Of a DNA stretch of 64,000 nucleotides, positions 18,735-29,033 are shown piece after piece. How positions within the stretch are numbered: the stretch's first letter is position 1; each line of letters begins with the position of its first letter. This DNA comes from Candidatus Latescibacterota bacterium. Lineage in GTDB: Bacteria; Latescibacterota; UBA2968; UBA8231. The notes under the pieces are model-generated. The model saw only the letters and a list, made by a program, of their open reading frames with translations. It was not told where the DNA came from and ran no database searches. Where the stretch lies: assembly GCA_965248355.1 (NCBI GenBank), contig OZ252098.1:4992001-5056000 (forward strand), in the 5' to 3' direction. A program made the translations under genes and the position numbers.

Positions 18735-21700
18735 GTGAAGGCTCCCCTCATCATGAAGAGTATCGCCGCCGGCGCCCTGCTGCTCGCGCTCTACGCCCTG
18801 GGCTGCGACCGCGATCGCAGCAACCCTCTCGACCCGCAGGCGGACCTGGTCGAGGGCCGCCCCGCAACCCCGGCGGAACTCTCCGTGGGGGGAGACGTGG
18901 GCGTCATCCGCCTGTCCTGGAAGCCGGTCACCGACCCCGACCTGGCGGGTTACGCCGTGCTCCGCTCGGTCCACTCCAACGGCACCTTCTCCTTCGTCGC
19001 CGGAGAGGGCGACTCGACGGCCGGGATCACCACGGGCAAGACCACCTACGTCGACACCATTCACGGCGGCAAGCTCACCTTCTTCTACCGGGTGGCCTCC
19101 GTCGACACCAACGGTCTTCGCAGTCAGCTGTCGGGATTCGTGGGGGCCACGTCATTGTCGGACGACCGTTCGCCGGGCGCGCCTCATTCGTTGTCGGCGG
19201 TGGCGTCGGATCGAGCGGGGGAGGTGGTGGTTCGTTGGAGCGCCCCGTTGACGGACACGGGGGGGGAGCCTCTGTCGGGTTTGTCGGGGTACGTGCTTCT
19301 TCGTTCGGAGTCGGGGGCGGGGGGTCTGGTGCCGGTGGACACTCTTTCGGCGGGCGTTCAGGAGTATCGGGACACGGGTTTGAAGAGCCGGACGACGTAT
19401 TCGTACAGCGTGGTGGCGTTCGACGCGTTGGGGAACACGAGCAGCGCGAGCTCGGCGGTGTCGGTGACGTCGTCGGGTCTGTCGTCCCCGGAGGGTTTGC
19501 GGGCGTCGGCGGGGATCGGCCGGATCGAGTTGCTGTGGTCGTCGGTGGGGGCGTCGTCTCTGGTGGGCTACGACGTGTATCGGTCGTCGACGTCGGACGG
19601 GACGTATCGGCGCCTGGCGGGGGGGGAGGGGACGTCTTTCACGACGGGCCTGACGAGCTACGTGGACAGCAATCTTTCGGGGGGCCAGCGGTATTACTAC
19701 AAGATCCGTTCGGTGGGTGAGGCCGGGGCGGTGAGCGAGCTGTCGGGATTCGTGGGGGCCACGTCATTGTCGGACGACCGTTCGCCGGGCGCGCCTCATT
19801 CGTTGTCGGCGGTGGCGTCGGATCGAGCGGGGGAGGTGGTGGTTCGTTGGAGCGCCCCGTTGACGGACACGGGGGGGGAGCCTCTGTCGGGTTTGTCGGG
19901 GTACGTGCTTCTTCGTTCGGAGTCGGGGGCGGGGGGTCTGGTGCCGGTGGACACTCTTTCGGCGGGCGTTCAGGAGTATCGGGACACGGGTTTGAAGAGC
20001 CGGACGACGTATTCGTACAGCGTGGTGGCGTTCGACGCGTTGGGGAACACGAGCAGCGCGAGCTCGGCGGTGTCGGTGACGTCGTCGGGTCTGTCGTCCC
20101 CGGAGGGTTTGCGGGCGTCGGCGGGGATCGGCCGGATCGAGTTGCTGTGGTCGTCGGTGGGGGCGTCGTCTCTGGTGGGCTACGACGTGTATCGGTCGTC
20201 GACGTCGGACGGGACGTATCGGCGCCTGGCGGGGGGGGAGGGGACGTCTTTCACGACGGGCCTGACGAGCTACGTGGACAGCAATCTTTCGGGGGGCCAG
20301 CGGTATTACTACAAGATCCGTTCGGTGGGTGAGGCCGGGGCGGTGAGCGAGCTGTCGGGATTCGTGGGGGCCACGTCATTGTCGGACGACCGTTCGCCGG
20401 GCGCGCCTCATTCGTTGTCGGCGGTGGCGTCGGATCGAGCGGGGGAGGTGGTGGTTCGTTGGAGCGCCCCGTTGACGGACACGGGGGGGGAGCCTCTGTC
20501 GGGTTTGTCGGGGTACGTGCTTCTTCGTTCGGAGTCGGGGGCGGGGGGTCTGGTGCCGGTGGACACTCTTTCGGCGGGCGTTCAGGAGTATCGGGACACG
20601 GGTTTGAAGAGCCGGACGACGTATTCGTACAGCGTGGTGGCGTTCGACGCGTTGGGGAACACGAGCAGCGCGAGCTCGGCGGTGTCGGTGACGTCGTCGG
20701 GTCTGTCGTCCCCGGAGGGTTTGCGGGCGTCGGCGGGGATCGGCCGGATCGAGTTGCTGTGGTCGTCGGTGGGGGCGTCGTCTCTGGTGGGCTACGACGT
20801 GTATCGGTCGTCGACGTCGGACGGGACGTATCGGCGCCTGGCGGGGGGGGAGGGGACGTCTTTCACGACGGGCCTGACGAGCTACGTGGACAGCAATCTT
20901 TCGGGGGGCCAGCGGTATTACTACAAGATCCGTTCGGTGGGTGAGGCCGGGGCGGTGAGCGAGCTGTCGGGATTCGTGGGGGCCACGTCATTGTCGGACG
21001 ACCGTTCGCCGGGCGCGCCTCATTCGTTGTCGGCGGTGGCGTCGGATCGAGCGGGGGAGGTGGTGGTTCGTTGGAGCGCCCCGTTGACGGACACGGGGGG
21101 GGAGCCTCTGTCGGGTTTGTCGGGGTACGTGCTTCTTCGTTCGGAGTCGGGGGCGGGGGGTCTGGTGCCGGTGGACACTCTTTCGGCGGGCGTTCAGGAG
21201 TATCGGGACACGGGTTTGAAGAGCCGGACGACGTATTCGTACAGCGTGGTGGCGTTCGACGCGTTGGGGAACACGAGCAGCGCGAGCTCGGCGGTGTCGG
21301 TGACGTCGTCGGGTCTGTCGTCCCCGGAGGGTTTGCGGGCGTCGGCGGGGATCGGCCGGATCGAGTTGCTGTGGTCGTCGGTGGGGGCGTCGTCTCTGGT
21401 GGGCTACGACGTGTATCGGTCGTCGACGTCGGACGGGACGTATCGGCGCCTGGCGGGGGGGGAGGGGACGTCTTTCACGACGGGCCTGACGAGCTACGTG
21501 GACAGCAATCTTTCGGGGGGCCAGCGGTATTACTACAAGATCCGTTCGGTGGGTGAGGCCGGGGCGGTGAGCGAGCTGTCGGGATTCGTGGGGGCCACGT
21601 CATTGTCGGACGACCGTTCGCCGGGCGCGCCTCATTCGTTGTCGGCGGTGGCGTCGGATCGAGCGGGGGAGGTGGTGGTTCGTTGGAGCGCCCCGTTGAC

Positions 21701-24674
21701 GGACACGGGGGGGGAGCCTCTGTCGGGTTTGTCGGGGTACGTGCTTCTTCGTTCGGAGTCGGGGGCGGGGGGTCTGGTGCCGGTGGACACTCTTTCGGCG
21801 GGCGTTCAGGAGTATCGGGACACGGGTTTGAAGAGCCGGACGACGTATTCGTACAGCGTGGTGGCGTTCGACGCGTTGGGGAACACGAGCAGCGCGAGCT
21901 CGGCGGTGTCGGTGACGTCGTCGGGTCTGTCGTCCCCGGAGGGTTTGCGGGCGTCGGCGGGGATCGGCCGGATCGAGTTGCTGTGGTCGTCGGTGGGGGC
22001 GTCGTCTCTGGTGGGCTACGACGTGTATCGGTCGTCGACGTCGGACGGGACGTATCGGCGCCTGGCGGGGGGGGAGGGGACGTCTTTCACGACGGGCCTG
22101 ACGAGCTACGTGGACAGCAATCTTTCGGGGGGCCAGCGGTATTACTACAAGATCCGTTCGGTGGGTGAGGCCGGGGCGGTGAGCGAGCTGTCGGGATTCG
22201 TGGGGGCCACGTCATTGTCGGACGACCGTTCGCCGGGCGCGCCTCATTCGTTGTCGGCGGTGGCGTCGGATCGAGCGGGGGAGGTGGTGGTTCGTTGGAG
22301 CGCCCCGTTGACGGACACGGGGGGGGAGCCTCTGTCGGGTTTGTCGGGGTACGTGCTTCTTCGTTCGGAGTCGGGGGCGGGGGGTCTGGTGCCGGTGGAC
22401 ACTCTTTCGGCGGGCGTTCAGGAGTATCGGGACACGGGTTTGAAGAGCCGGACGACGTATTCGTACAGCGTGGTGGCGTTCGACGCGTTGGGGAACACGA
22501 GCAGCGCGAGCTCGGCGGTGTCGGTGACGTCGTCGGGTCTGTCGTCCCCGGAGGGTTTGCGGGCGTCGGCGGGGATCGGCCGGATCGAGTTGCTGTGGTC
22601 GTCGGTGGGGGCGTCGTCTCTGGTGGGCTACGACGTGTATCGGTCGTCGACGTCGGACGGGACGTATCGGCGCCTGGCGGGGGGGGAGGGGACGTCTTTC
22701 ACGACGGGCCTGACGAGCTACGTGGACAGCAATCTTTCGGGGGGCCAGCGGTATTACTACAAGATCCGTTCGGTGGGTGAGGCCGGGGCGGTGAGCGAGC
22801 TGTCGGGATTCGTGGGGGCCACGTCTCTGTCGGACGACCGTTCGCCGGAGCCGCCGCCCGGGGTGGCCGCCGTGGCCGACGCCTCCGATCCGTCGCGGAT
22901 CACCCTGAGTTGGGGTGCGCCCTCGAGGGACGCCGGCGGGGGACCCCTGACAGGTCTGTCGGGTTTCATCCTGCTCCGTGCCGAAGGGGACGGCTCCTTC
23001 GTGCGCGCCGCCTCCCTGGGCGCCGGCCAGCGCCGGTTCGACGACACCGGTCTGAAGTCTCTGACGACCTATCGCTATGCCCTCATCGCCGTCGATGGCG
23101 CCGGCAACGAGAGCGCCCTCTCCCCCGTCGCCCAGGTGACGACGACCGGCGTTCCGGCGCCGGCCGCTGTGACCGCTGACGACGGTTTCGGCCGCATCGA
23201 GCTGAACTGGGCCGCCGTCCACCACGTCGATCTGCTCGGATACAACGTGTACCGGGCGACGCGTCCGGATCAGCCCTTCTCGCGCCTGGAAGGGGACGGC
23301 GGGGAAGCCTTCAGCACGGGCCGCACGACCTTCGTCGACTCGAGTCTGGCCGCCGGCCAGTTGTTCTACTACAAGGTCACCACCGTCACCGCCGAACTCG
23401 AGAGCGATCCCTCGGCGCTCGTCAGCGCTTCGGCAGCGGCCGACGACGTGGCGCCAGCTGCTCCCACCGGTCTCGTGGCCATCGCCGCCGACGACCGGGC
23501 CGAGGTGTCCTTGCGCTGGTCGAGGCCGCGCACCGACCAGGACGGCGGCGATCTGACGGGGCTCCGCAGCTTTGTCGTCTACCGGGCGCAGGACGGACCC
23601 GGGGCCTTGTCGGCAGTCGATACGGTCGACGCCGGCTCGAGCGCCTTTACCGACACCGGCCTCGAACCGGCCACGACTTACTACTATTCCGTCAGCGCCA
23701 CCGATGGCTCGGGCAACGTCAGTCCACGCGCCCTGACCGTGTCGGCCACGACCCCGGGGATCTCTCCCCCCGCCGCGCTCTCCACCAGCGGTGAGGTGAC
23801 CCGCATCACGGTCTCCTGGAACGCCAGCGATGAGGATGACCTCCTCGGCTACAACGTCTACCGCTCGACCCGCCCCGACGAGGGGTATGCGCGTCTCGCC
23901 GGCGCCGAGGGCACACCCTTCACCACCGGTCAGACGAGCTACGTCGACTCCAACCTGCCGGGCGGCCAGATCCTCTATTACCGGGTCTCCGTGGTGACCT
24001 CCTCCGGCGAGAGCGATCCCTCCGCCTTCAGCGGCGCCACAGTGCTCGTCGACCTCCACGCTCCGGAGGCGCCTTCGCAGGTCACGGGGCGGCCGGTCCC
24101 CGGCCATCCCGACCAGCTCGAGCTGTCCTGGCGGGCCCCGAGGAGCGACGAGGACGGGGGCCGGCTCACCGGCGTGAGCGGGTACGTCGTCTACCGCGCC
24201 GCCGAGGCTACAGGCGACTTCACGGAGCTCGACTCGACGGTGACGAGCACCTTCGTCGACACCGCCCTGTCCCAGCGTACCACCTACTACTACCAGGTCG
24301 AAGCCTTTGACGCCGAGGGCAACCTGGGTCCGAGGTCGGAGACCGCCTCGGCCACGACGGGCGGCGTCGATCTGCCCACCAACGTGCGGCTGGTCGCCGC
24401 GACGCCGTCCAATCCCAACGACCGCCCCGTGGTGACGATCAGTTGGGTGGCTTCGAAGGGGGCCATTCTGCGCTACGAGGTGCAACGGACGACGGTCGCC
24501 AACAGCACCCGGGACGGCGATTACACCGAGATCCTTCCCCACGCGATCGGCACGACCCGGGAGGACGACACGGTCCGGCGCGGGCAGACTTACTACTACC
24601 GCGTGCGAGCGGTCGATATTGACGACCGCGCAAGCGAATGGACCGAGCCGCTCGGAATCACCGTCTCCGAATGA
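18735..24674 (+). CDS. Giant fibronectin type III repeat lipoprotein (about 19 FN3 domains)
   Basis: Lipobox ALGC then DRDRSNPLDP; recurring FN3 pattern P..L....L.W......GY.VYR...Y.D..L....Y.Y.V. Confidence 0.88.
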   Translation: MKAPLIMKSIAAGALLLALYALGCDRDRSNPLDPQADLVEGRPATPAELSVGGDVGVIRLSWKPVTDPDLAGYAVLRSVHSNGTFSFVAGEGDSTAGITTGKTTYVDTIHGGKLTFFYRVASVDTNGLRSQLSGFVGATSLSDDRSPGAPHSLSAVASDRAGEVVVRWSAPLTDTGGEPLSGLSGYVLLRSESGAGGLVPVDTLSAGVQEYRDTGLKSRTTYSYSVVAFDALGNTSSASSAVSVTSSGLSSPEGLRASAGIGRIELLWSSVGASSLVGYDVYRSSTSDGTYRRLAGGEGTSFTTGLTSYVDSNLSGGQRYYYKIRSVGEAGAVSELSGFVGATSLSDDRSPGAPHSLSAVASDRAGEVVVRWSAPLTDTGGEPLSGLSGYVLLRSESGAGGLVPVDTLSAGVQEYRDTGLKSRTTYSYSVVAFDALGNTSSASSAVSVTSSGLSSPEGLRASAGIGRIELLWSSVGASSLVGYDVYRSSTSDGTYRRLAGGEGTSFTTGLTSYVDSNLSGGQRYYYKIRSVGEAGAVSELSGFVGATSLSDDRSPGAPHSLSAVASDRAGEVVVRWSAPLTDTGGEPLSGLSGYVLLRSESGAGGLVPVDTLSAGVQEYRDTGLKSRTTYSYSVVAFDALGNTSSASSAVSVTSSGLSSPEGLRASAGIGRIELLWSSVGASSLVGYDVYRSSTSDGTYRRLAGGEGTSFTTGLTSYVDSNLSGGQRYYYKIRSVGEAGAVSELSGFVGATSLSDDRSPGAPHSLSAVASDRAGEVVVRWSAPLTDTGGEPLSGLSGYVLLRSESGAGGLVPVDTLSAGVQEYRDTGLKSRTTYSYSVVAFDALGNTSSASSAVSVTSSGLSSPEGLRASAGIGRIELLWSSVGASSLVGYDVYRSSTSDGTYRRLAGGEGTSFTTGLTSYVDSNLSGGQRYYYKIRSVGEAGAVSELSGFVGATSLSDDRSPGAPHSLSAVASDRAGEVVVRWSAPLTDTGGEPLSGLSGYVLLRSESGAGGLVPVDTLSAGVQEYRDTGLKSRTTYSYSVVAFDALGNTSSASSAVSVTSSGLSSPEGLRASAGIGRIELLWSSVGASSLVGYDVYRSSTSDGTYRRLAGGEGTSFTTGLTSYVDSNLSGGQRYYYKIRSVGEAGAVSELSGFVGATSLSDDRSPGAPHSLSAVASDRAGEVVVRWSAPLTDTGGEPLSGLSGYVLLRSESGAGGLVPVDTLSAGVQEYRDTGLKSRTTYSYSVVAFDALGNTSSASSAVSVTSSGLSSPEGLRASAGIGRIELLWSSVGASSLVGYDVYRSSTSDGTYRRLAGGEGTSFTTGLTSYVDSNLSGGQRYYYKIRSVGEAGAVSELSGFVGATSLSDDRSPEPPPGVAAVADASDPSRITLSWGAPSRDAGGGPLTGLSGFILLRAEGDGSFVRAASLGAGQRRFDDTGLKSLTTYRYALIAVDGAGNESALSPVAQVTTTGVPAPAAVTADDGFGRIELNWAAVHHVDLLGYNVYRATRPDQPFSRLEGDGGEAFSTGRTTFVDSSLAAGQLFYYKVTTVTAELESDPSALVSASAAADDVAPAAPTGLVAIAADDRAEVSLRWSRPRTDQDGGDLTGLRSFVVYRAQDGPGALSAVDTVDAGSSAFTDTGLEPATTYYYSVSATDGSGNVSPRALTVSATTPGISPPAALSTSGEVTRITVSWNASDEDDLLGYNVYRSTRPDEGYARLAGAEGTPFTTGQTSYVDSNLPGGQILYYRVSVVTSSGESDPSAFSGATVLVDLHAPEAPSQVTGRPVPGHPDQLELSWRAPRSDEDGGRLTGVSGYVVYRAAEATGDFTELDSTVTSTFVDTALSQRTTYYYQVEAFDAEGNLGPRSETASATTGGVDLPTNVRLVAATPSNPNDRPVVTISWVASKGAILRYEVQRTTVANSTRDGDYTEILPHAIGTTREDDTVRRGQTYYYRVRAVDIDDRASEWTEPLGITVSE
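19126..22825 (+). repeat. Intragenic tandem array: six 612-bp units plus 28 bp
   Basis: The unit start AGCTGTCGGGATTCGTGGGGG recurs every 612 bp. The ORF track shows identical 161-aa shadow ORFs at 19235, 19847, 20459, 21071, 21683 and 22295. Confidence 0.97.
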
Positions 24675-24730
24675 CCTAGCCGGGGGAATGCTCCAGGGAA
24701 GGGCGTGGCCGCCGCCCACCCGGATCTGAC

Positions 24731-26152
24731 ATGCCAGCCAGCGGACCGACGAACGGTCTCGGAGTCATCCTGGTCCGGGCCCTGAGAGAAGCACAGGTCG
24801 CCCACGGCGACGGCATCGTCGTCGCCGCCTCCGGCGGCCTCGACTCCATGGTCCTGCTGGATCTCCTGCACCGGGTCGAGGCACCTGGTGGCCTGCACCT
24901 CCACGTGGCCCATCTGGATCATCGATTGCGTGCCGAATCCGCGGTGGACGCCCGATTCGTGGCCGCCGCCGCGGCGCGTCTCGGTCTGCCGGCCACGGTG
25001 GAAGCCGTGGACGTGGCCGCGCGGGCCCACCGTTTCGGCCGGTCCCTGGAAGAGGAGGGCCGGGCGGCTCGGTACGAGCTATTCGAGCGGGTCCGGAAGC
25101 GGGCCGGGTGTCGGTGGGTGGCCCTCGGCCATCATGCCGACGATCAAGCCGAGACCATGCTCCTGCGTCTGCTCCGGGGTGCGGGACCCACCGGGCTGGG
25201 GGCCATGTCCCCGGTCCGCGCCCCCGGGGTCATCCGTCCACTGCTGGGCGCCACCCGCGCCCAGATCCGCGCATACGCCTCCCGGGAGGGTATCGAGTAC
25301 CGTGAGGACCGCAGCAACCGCGATCTCTCGGTCCCCCGGAACCGCGTCCGCCACGAGTTGCTGCCGAGCCTGAGGCGGCGTCACAACCCAGCCGTGGTCG
25401 ATGCCCTGTCACGTACCGCGTCGCTGCTGCGCGATGAGGACGACTATCTCGACGAGGTCAGCCGCGGGGCGGCGAGGGAGGTCCTGATGCAGCGCGATCC
25501 AGCGGGTGTCACACTTGATGCCCAGTGCCTGCGCGGCTATCATATAGCCGTCCGGCGGCGTGTCTTACGTCAGTATATTCAAGAGCTTGCGCACCACATG
25601 CCGGTCTCCCGGACCGCCGTGGAGACGGTCGCCGAGGCGGCCGGATCCTCGTCATCCGGCCTGCGGTCGATCGGTGGCGGCCTGTGGGTGCAGGCCACCG
25701 GCGGGAGCCTGATTCTGCGTCGCGGCCCGGCCTCCAACGTCCAAGCCAGAGTCGAGCTTCCGGGGCGCACCCGGATCCCTGAGCGGGGGGTCGCGCTGGA
25801 GGCGCGGTTCCTCGACCCCGCGAGGTTCGAGGCGGTTCGCCCGTCCCTTGACGGCTGGCGCGCCGCCTTCGACGCCGGGGCGGCGGAAGGGGAATTGTCG
25901 TTGCGCAGTCCGCGGCCAGGCGATCGTCTGCAACCCCTGGGCATGGAGGGGCGTCACAAGAAGCTCAGCGACTGCTTCGTCGACGCCAAGTGGCCGAGGA
26001 TCCTCCGGCCCGAAGCACTGCTGCTGACCCGCAGGCCCGCCACCCCGGGCCCAGGGGAGGAGATCCTCTGGGTTGCGGGGCTGGCCCGCAGCCACACGCA
26101 TCGGGTCGCGGCGAGCAGTCGGCGCATCCTGTACCTTGAGTTCGAGTCCTAG
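24731..26152 (+). CDS. tilS: tRNA(Ile)-lysidine synthetase
   Basis: SGGLDS, HLDHRLR, GHHADDQAET, IRPLL, RNRVRH, KKLSDCF. Confidence 0.95.
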   Translation: MPASGPTNGLGVILVRALREAQVAHGDGIVVAASGGLDSMVLLDLLHRVEAPGGLHLHVAHLDHRLRAESAVDARFVAAAAARLGLPATVEAVDVAARAHRFGRSLEEEGRAARYELFERVRKRAGCRWVALGHHADDQAETMLLRLLRGAGPTGLGAMSPVRAPGVIRPLLGATRAQIRAYASREGIEYREDRSNRDLSVPRNRVRHELLPSLRRRHNPAVVDALSRTASLLRDEDDYLDEVSRGAAREVLMQRDPAGVTLDAQCLRGYHIAVRRRVLRQYIQELAHHMPVSRTAVETVAEAAGSSSSGLRSIGGGLWVQATGGSLILRRGPASNVQARVELPGRTRIPERGVALEARFLDPARFEAVRPSLDGWRAAFDAGAAEGELSLRSPRPGDRLQPLGMEGRHKKLSDCFVDAKWPRILRPEALLLTRRPATPGPGEEILWVAGLARSHTHRVAASSRRILYLEFES

Positions 26153-26160
26153 GAGCCCCC

Positions 26161-28185
26161 ATGGCAGAGCGCGAAGGTCCACAAGGCGAAGGCCGCGACC
26201 GGGGCGAAGGTGGTACCGGGGAAGACCCCCCCCGCGTCCCTTGGCGCTGGCCGTCCCGGGGCCGCGCCTTCTGGATCTTTCTGATCCTCGTCCTCATCAT
26301 CGCCGCCAAGTTCTTCGGCAGCATGCCGACGGACAGCCGCGAGGTCTCCTACGTTCAGTATCGCGAGTTCCTCAAGGACCGGCAGATCATGCGCGCCAAG
26401 ATCGTCGGCGACGAGGAGTTTCAGGGGGTCTTGAGCGACGGCACCCGCTTCGTCGTCAACCTCGGTCCCATCGACGCGGAGACCAAGCGCGAGTGGGAGG
26501 AGGCCGGCGTCGACTTCTCCTTCGAGGAGAAGCCCTTCCAGTGGTACTCGGTGCTCATCTCCTTCCTGCCGTGGCTGTTGTTCATCGGCTTCTGGATCTT
26601 CATGCTTCGCCAGATGCAGGGAGGTCCGCGCGGCCTGTTCTCCTTCGGCAAGAGTCGAGCCCGCCTGCTGACGGAGGACAAGCGCAAGACCACCTTCCGC
26701 GAGGTGGCCGGTGCCGACGAGGCCAAGGAGGAGCTCAACGAGATCATCGAGTTCCTCAAGGATCCCAAGAAGTTCCAGCGCCTCGGGGGCCGCACCCCGA
26801 AGGGCGTGCTCCTCGTGGGCGCCCCGGGTACCGGCAAGACCCATCTCGCCCGCGCCGTGGCCGGAGAGGCGGGGGTGCCCTTCTTCTCGATCAGTGGCTC
26901 CGACTTCGTCGAGATGTTCGTCGGCGTGGGGGCCTCCCGCGTGCGCGACCTGTTCGAGCAGGGCAAGGCGAGCGCCCCGTGCATCATTTTCATCGACGAG
27001 ATCGACGCCGTCGGCCGCCACCGGGGAGCGGGCATCGGAGGCGGCCACGACGAGCGCGAGCAGACCCTCAACCAGCTGCTCGTCGAGATGGACGGCTTCG
27101 AGTCGAACGACGGCGTGATCCTCATCGCCGCCACCAACCGCCCCGATGTGCTCGATCCCGCCCTGCTGCGGCCCGGCCGATTCGACCGCCGCGTGGTGGT
27201 CAGCCTGCCCGACGTGCGCGGCCGCAAGGGCATCCTCGAGGTGCATTCGCGCAACGTCCCCCTGAGCGAGGACGTCGACATGGAACGCCTGGCCAAGGGC
27301 ACGCCCGGGCTGACGGGAGCCGATCTCGAGAGCATGGTGAACGAGGCCGCCCTGCTGGCCTCGAGGCGGGATCGCGAGCAGGTGGTCATGGTGGACATGG
27401 AGGACGCCAAGGACAAGGTCATGCTCGGCGCCGAGCGCAAGAGCATGATCATGACCGAGGAGGACAAGAAGCTGGCCGCCGTGCACGAGGCCGGCCACGC
27501 CCTGGCGGCCAAGCTCACGCCGGGGTCGCCGCCGATCAACAAGGCCGTCATCGTGCCCCGGGGTCAGACCATGGGCATGGTCTCCTTCCTGGCCGAAGAG
27601 CGTCACTCCGTGACCGAGTCCCGCCTGCGCGCCCACCTCGTGACCGGCCTCGGCGGCTGCTGCGCCGAAGTCCTGGTCTTCGGCGAACGCTCCACAGGGG
27701 CCCAGGCCGACTACAAGCAGGTCACGGCCCTGGCCCGCAGCATGGTCTGCGACTGGGGCATGAACAAGGATCTGGGGCCCTTGGCCCTGGGAGGGGAGGG
27801 GGAGGAGGTCTTTCTGGGCAAGGAATTCGCCCGGACCCGCAACTTCTCCGAGCAGACGGCCCAGACCATCGACCGCGAGATCCGGGGCCTCGTGATCGAC
27901 GCCGAGCAACGGGCCGCGGCGCTGCTGGCGGAGAACCGCCGGCAGCTCGACGACCTGGCCACGGCCCTGCTCGAGTACGAGGTCCTCGACGACGCCGAGA
28001 TCGACCGCATCCTGAATGGCCAGCCGTTGCATCGTGAGCCCGTGGCGGAGGCAGCTCCGGAGGAAGAGGCCACTTCGGGGAACGGGGCGGCCGAGGCGCC
28101 CTCCGATGGCGGCGCCGAGGGCGAGGAAGCGGCCGACTCGAGCGCCGCCCCCTCTCCGCCGCTCGGCGGTCCCTCTCCGGGGTGA
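26161..28185 (+). CDS. ftsH: ATP-dependent zinc metalloprotease FtsH
   Basis: Two TM segments, [29 protein letters not shown]. Confidence 0.97.
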   Translation: MAEREGPQGEGRDRGEGGTGEDPPRVPWRWPSRGRAFWIFLILVLIIAAKFFGSMPTDSREVSYVQYREFLKDRQIMRAKIVGDEEFQGVLSDGTRFVVNLGPIDAETKREWEEAGVDFSFEEKPFQWYSVLISFLPWLLFIGFWIFMLRQMQGGPRGLFSFGKSRARLLTEDKRKTTFREVAGADEAKEELNEIIEFLKDPKKFQRLGGRTPKGVLLVGAPGTGKTHLARAVAGEAGVPFFSISGSDFVEMFVGVGASRVRDLFEQGKASAPCIIFIDEIDAVGRHRGAGIGGGHDEREQTLNQLLVEMDGFESNDGVILIAATNRPDVLDPALLRPGRFDRRVVVSLPDVRGRKGILEVHSRNVPLSEDVDMERLAKGTPGLTGADLESMVNEAALLASRRDREQVVMVDMEDAKDKVMLGAERKSMIMTEEDKKLAAVHEAGHALAAKLTPGSPPINKAVIVPRGQTMGMVSFLAEERHSVTESRLRAHLVTGLGGCCAEVLVFGERSTGAQADYKQVTALARSMVCDWGMNKDLGPLALGGEGEEVFLGKEFARTRNFSEQTAQTIDREIRGLVIDAEQRAAALLAENRRQLDDLATALLEYEVLDDAEIDRILNGQPLHREPVAEAAPEEEATSGNGAAEAPSDGGAEGEEAADSSAAPSPPLGGPSPG

Positions 28186-29033
28186 TCTGGGAGCTGGCAG
28201 GGGGCCGGCGGATCGACTTCCGCCCGCGCGTACAGATCATGGGGGTCCTGAACGTGACCCCCGATTCGTTCTACGACGGAGGCCGCTACGTCGAGGGCTC
28301 CGCGGCCGTGGACCGAGCCCTGTCCCTGGTCGAGGCGGGCGCCGACATCGTCGACGTAGGCGGCGAGTCCACGCGCCCACCGCTCTACGGAGCGGCGGCG
28401 GAGGTGACGGTCGCGGAGGAAGAAGGGCGGGTCCTGCCCGTGATCGAGGCCATCCGGCGGCACAGCGCCGTCCCCCTCTCCGTCGATACGGTCAAGGCCG
28501 AGGTCGCCCGGCAGGCCCTGGCGGCCGGAGCCGATATCGTCAACGACATCAGCGCCCTCTCCCACGACGAGGACATGGCCCCGGTGGCGGCCGCGGCCGG
28601 AGCGCCCGTGATCCTCATGCATCGCCGGGGAACCCCCGCCACCATGCAGCAGAACACGCGCTACGACGACCTGACCGGTGAGGTCGCCGGCTATCTCGAA
28701 GAGAGGGTCGAGTACGCCGAGCGCAACGGGATTCCGGCGACCCGGGTCGCCGTGGACCCGGGGATCGGCTTCGGCAAGTCCTTCACCGGCAACCACGAGC
28801 TCCTGCGCCGGGCGGGGTCGTTCTCGGTGCGGGGCTGCCCCGTGGTTGTCGGGGCGTCCCGCAAGTCGTTCCTGTGGAGGCCCATGGGCCTCACGCCGGA
28901 GGACGCTCTCGAAGCCAGCCTGGCGGCGGCGGTCCTCGCCGTCCTCCACGGCGCCCGGGCCGTGCGCGTTCACGACGTGAAGGAGACGGTCCGCGCCGTC
29001 CGCGTCTCCGAGGCGGTCGAGGGCGCCCCGTGA
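28182..29033 (+). CDS. folP: Dihydropteroate synthase
   Basis: MGVLNVTPDSF, GGESTRP, DPGIGFGK, SRKSF, RVHDV. Confidence 0.96.
   Translation: MIWELAGGRRIDFRPRVQIMGVLNVTPDSFYDGGRYVEGSAAVDRALSLVEAGADIVDVGGESTRPPLYGAAAEVTVAEEEGRVLPVIEAIRRHSAVPLSVDTVKAEVARQALAAGADIVNDISALSHDEDMAPVAAAAGAPVILMHRRGTPATMQQNTRYDDLTGEVAGYLEERVEYAERNGIPATRVAVDPGIGFGKSFTGNHELLRRAGSFSVRGCPVVVGASRKSFLWRPMGLTPEDALEASLAAAVLAVLHGARAVRVHDVKETVRAVRVSEAVEGAP

Noticed and set aside
19235..22780. Six identical 161-aa ORFs
   Set aside because: Alternate-frame shadows of the FN3 repeat.
19126..22825. Tandem array as CRISPR or a DGR template/variable repeat pair
   Set aside because: Units are 612 bp, in frame and without spacers. 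No adenine-specific variation between copies, and no cas or reverse transcriptase gene in the window.
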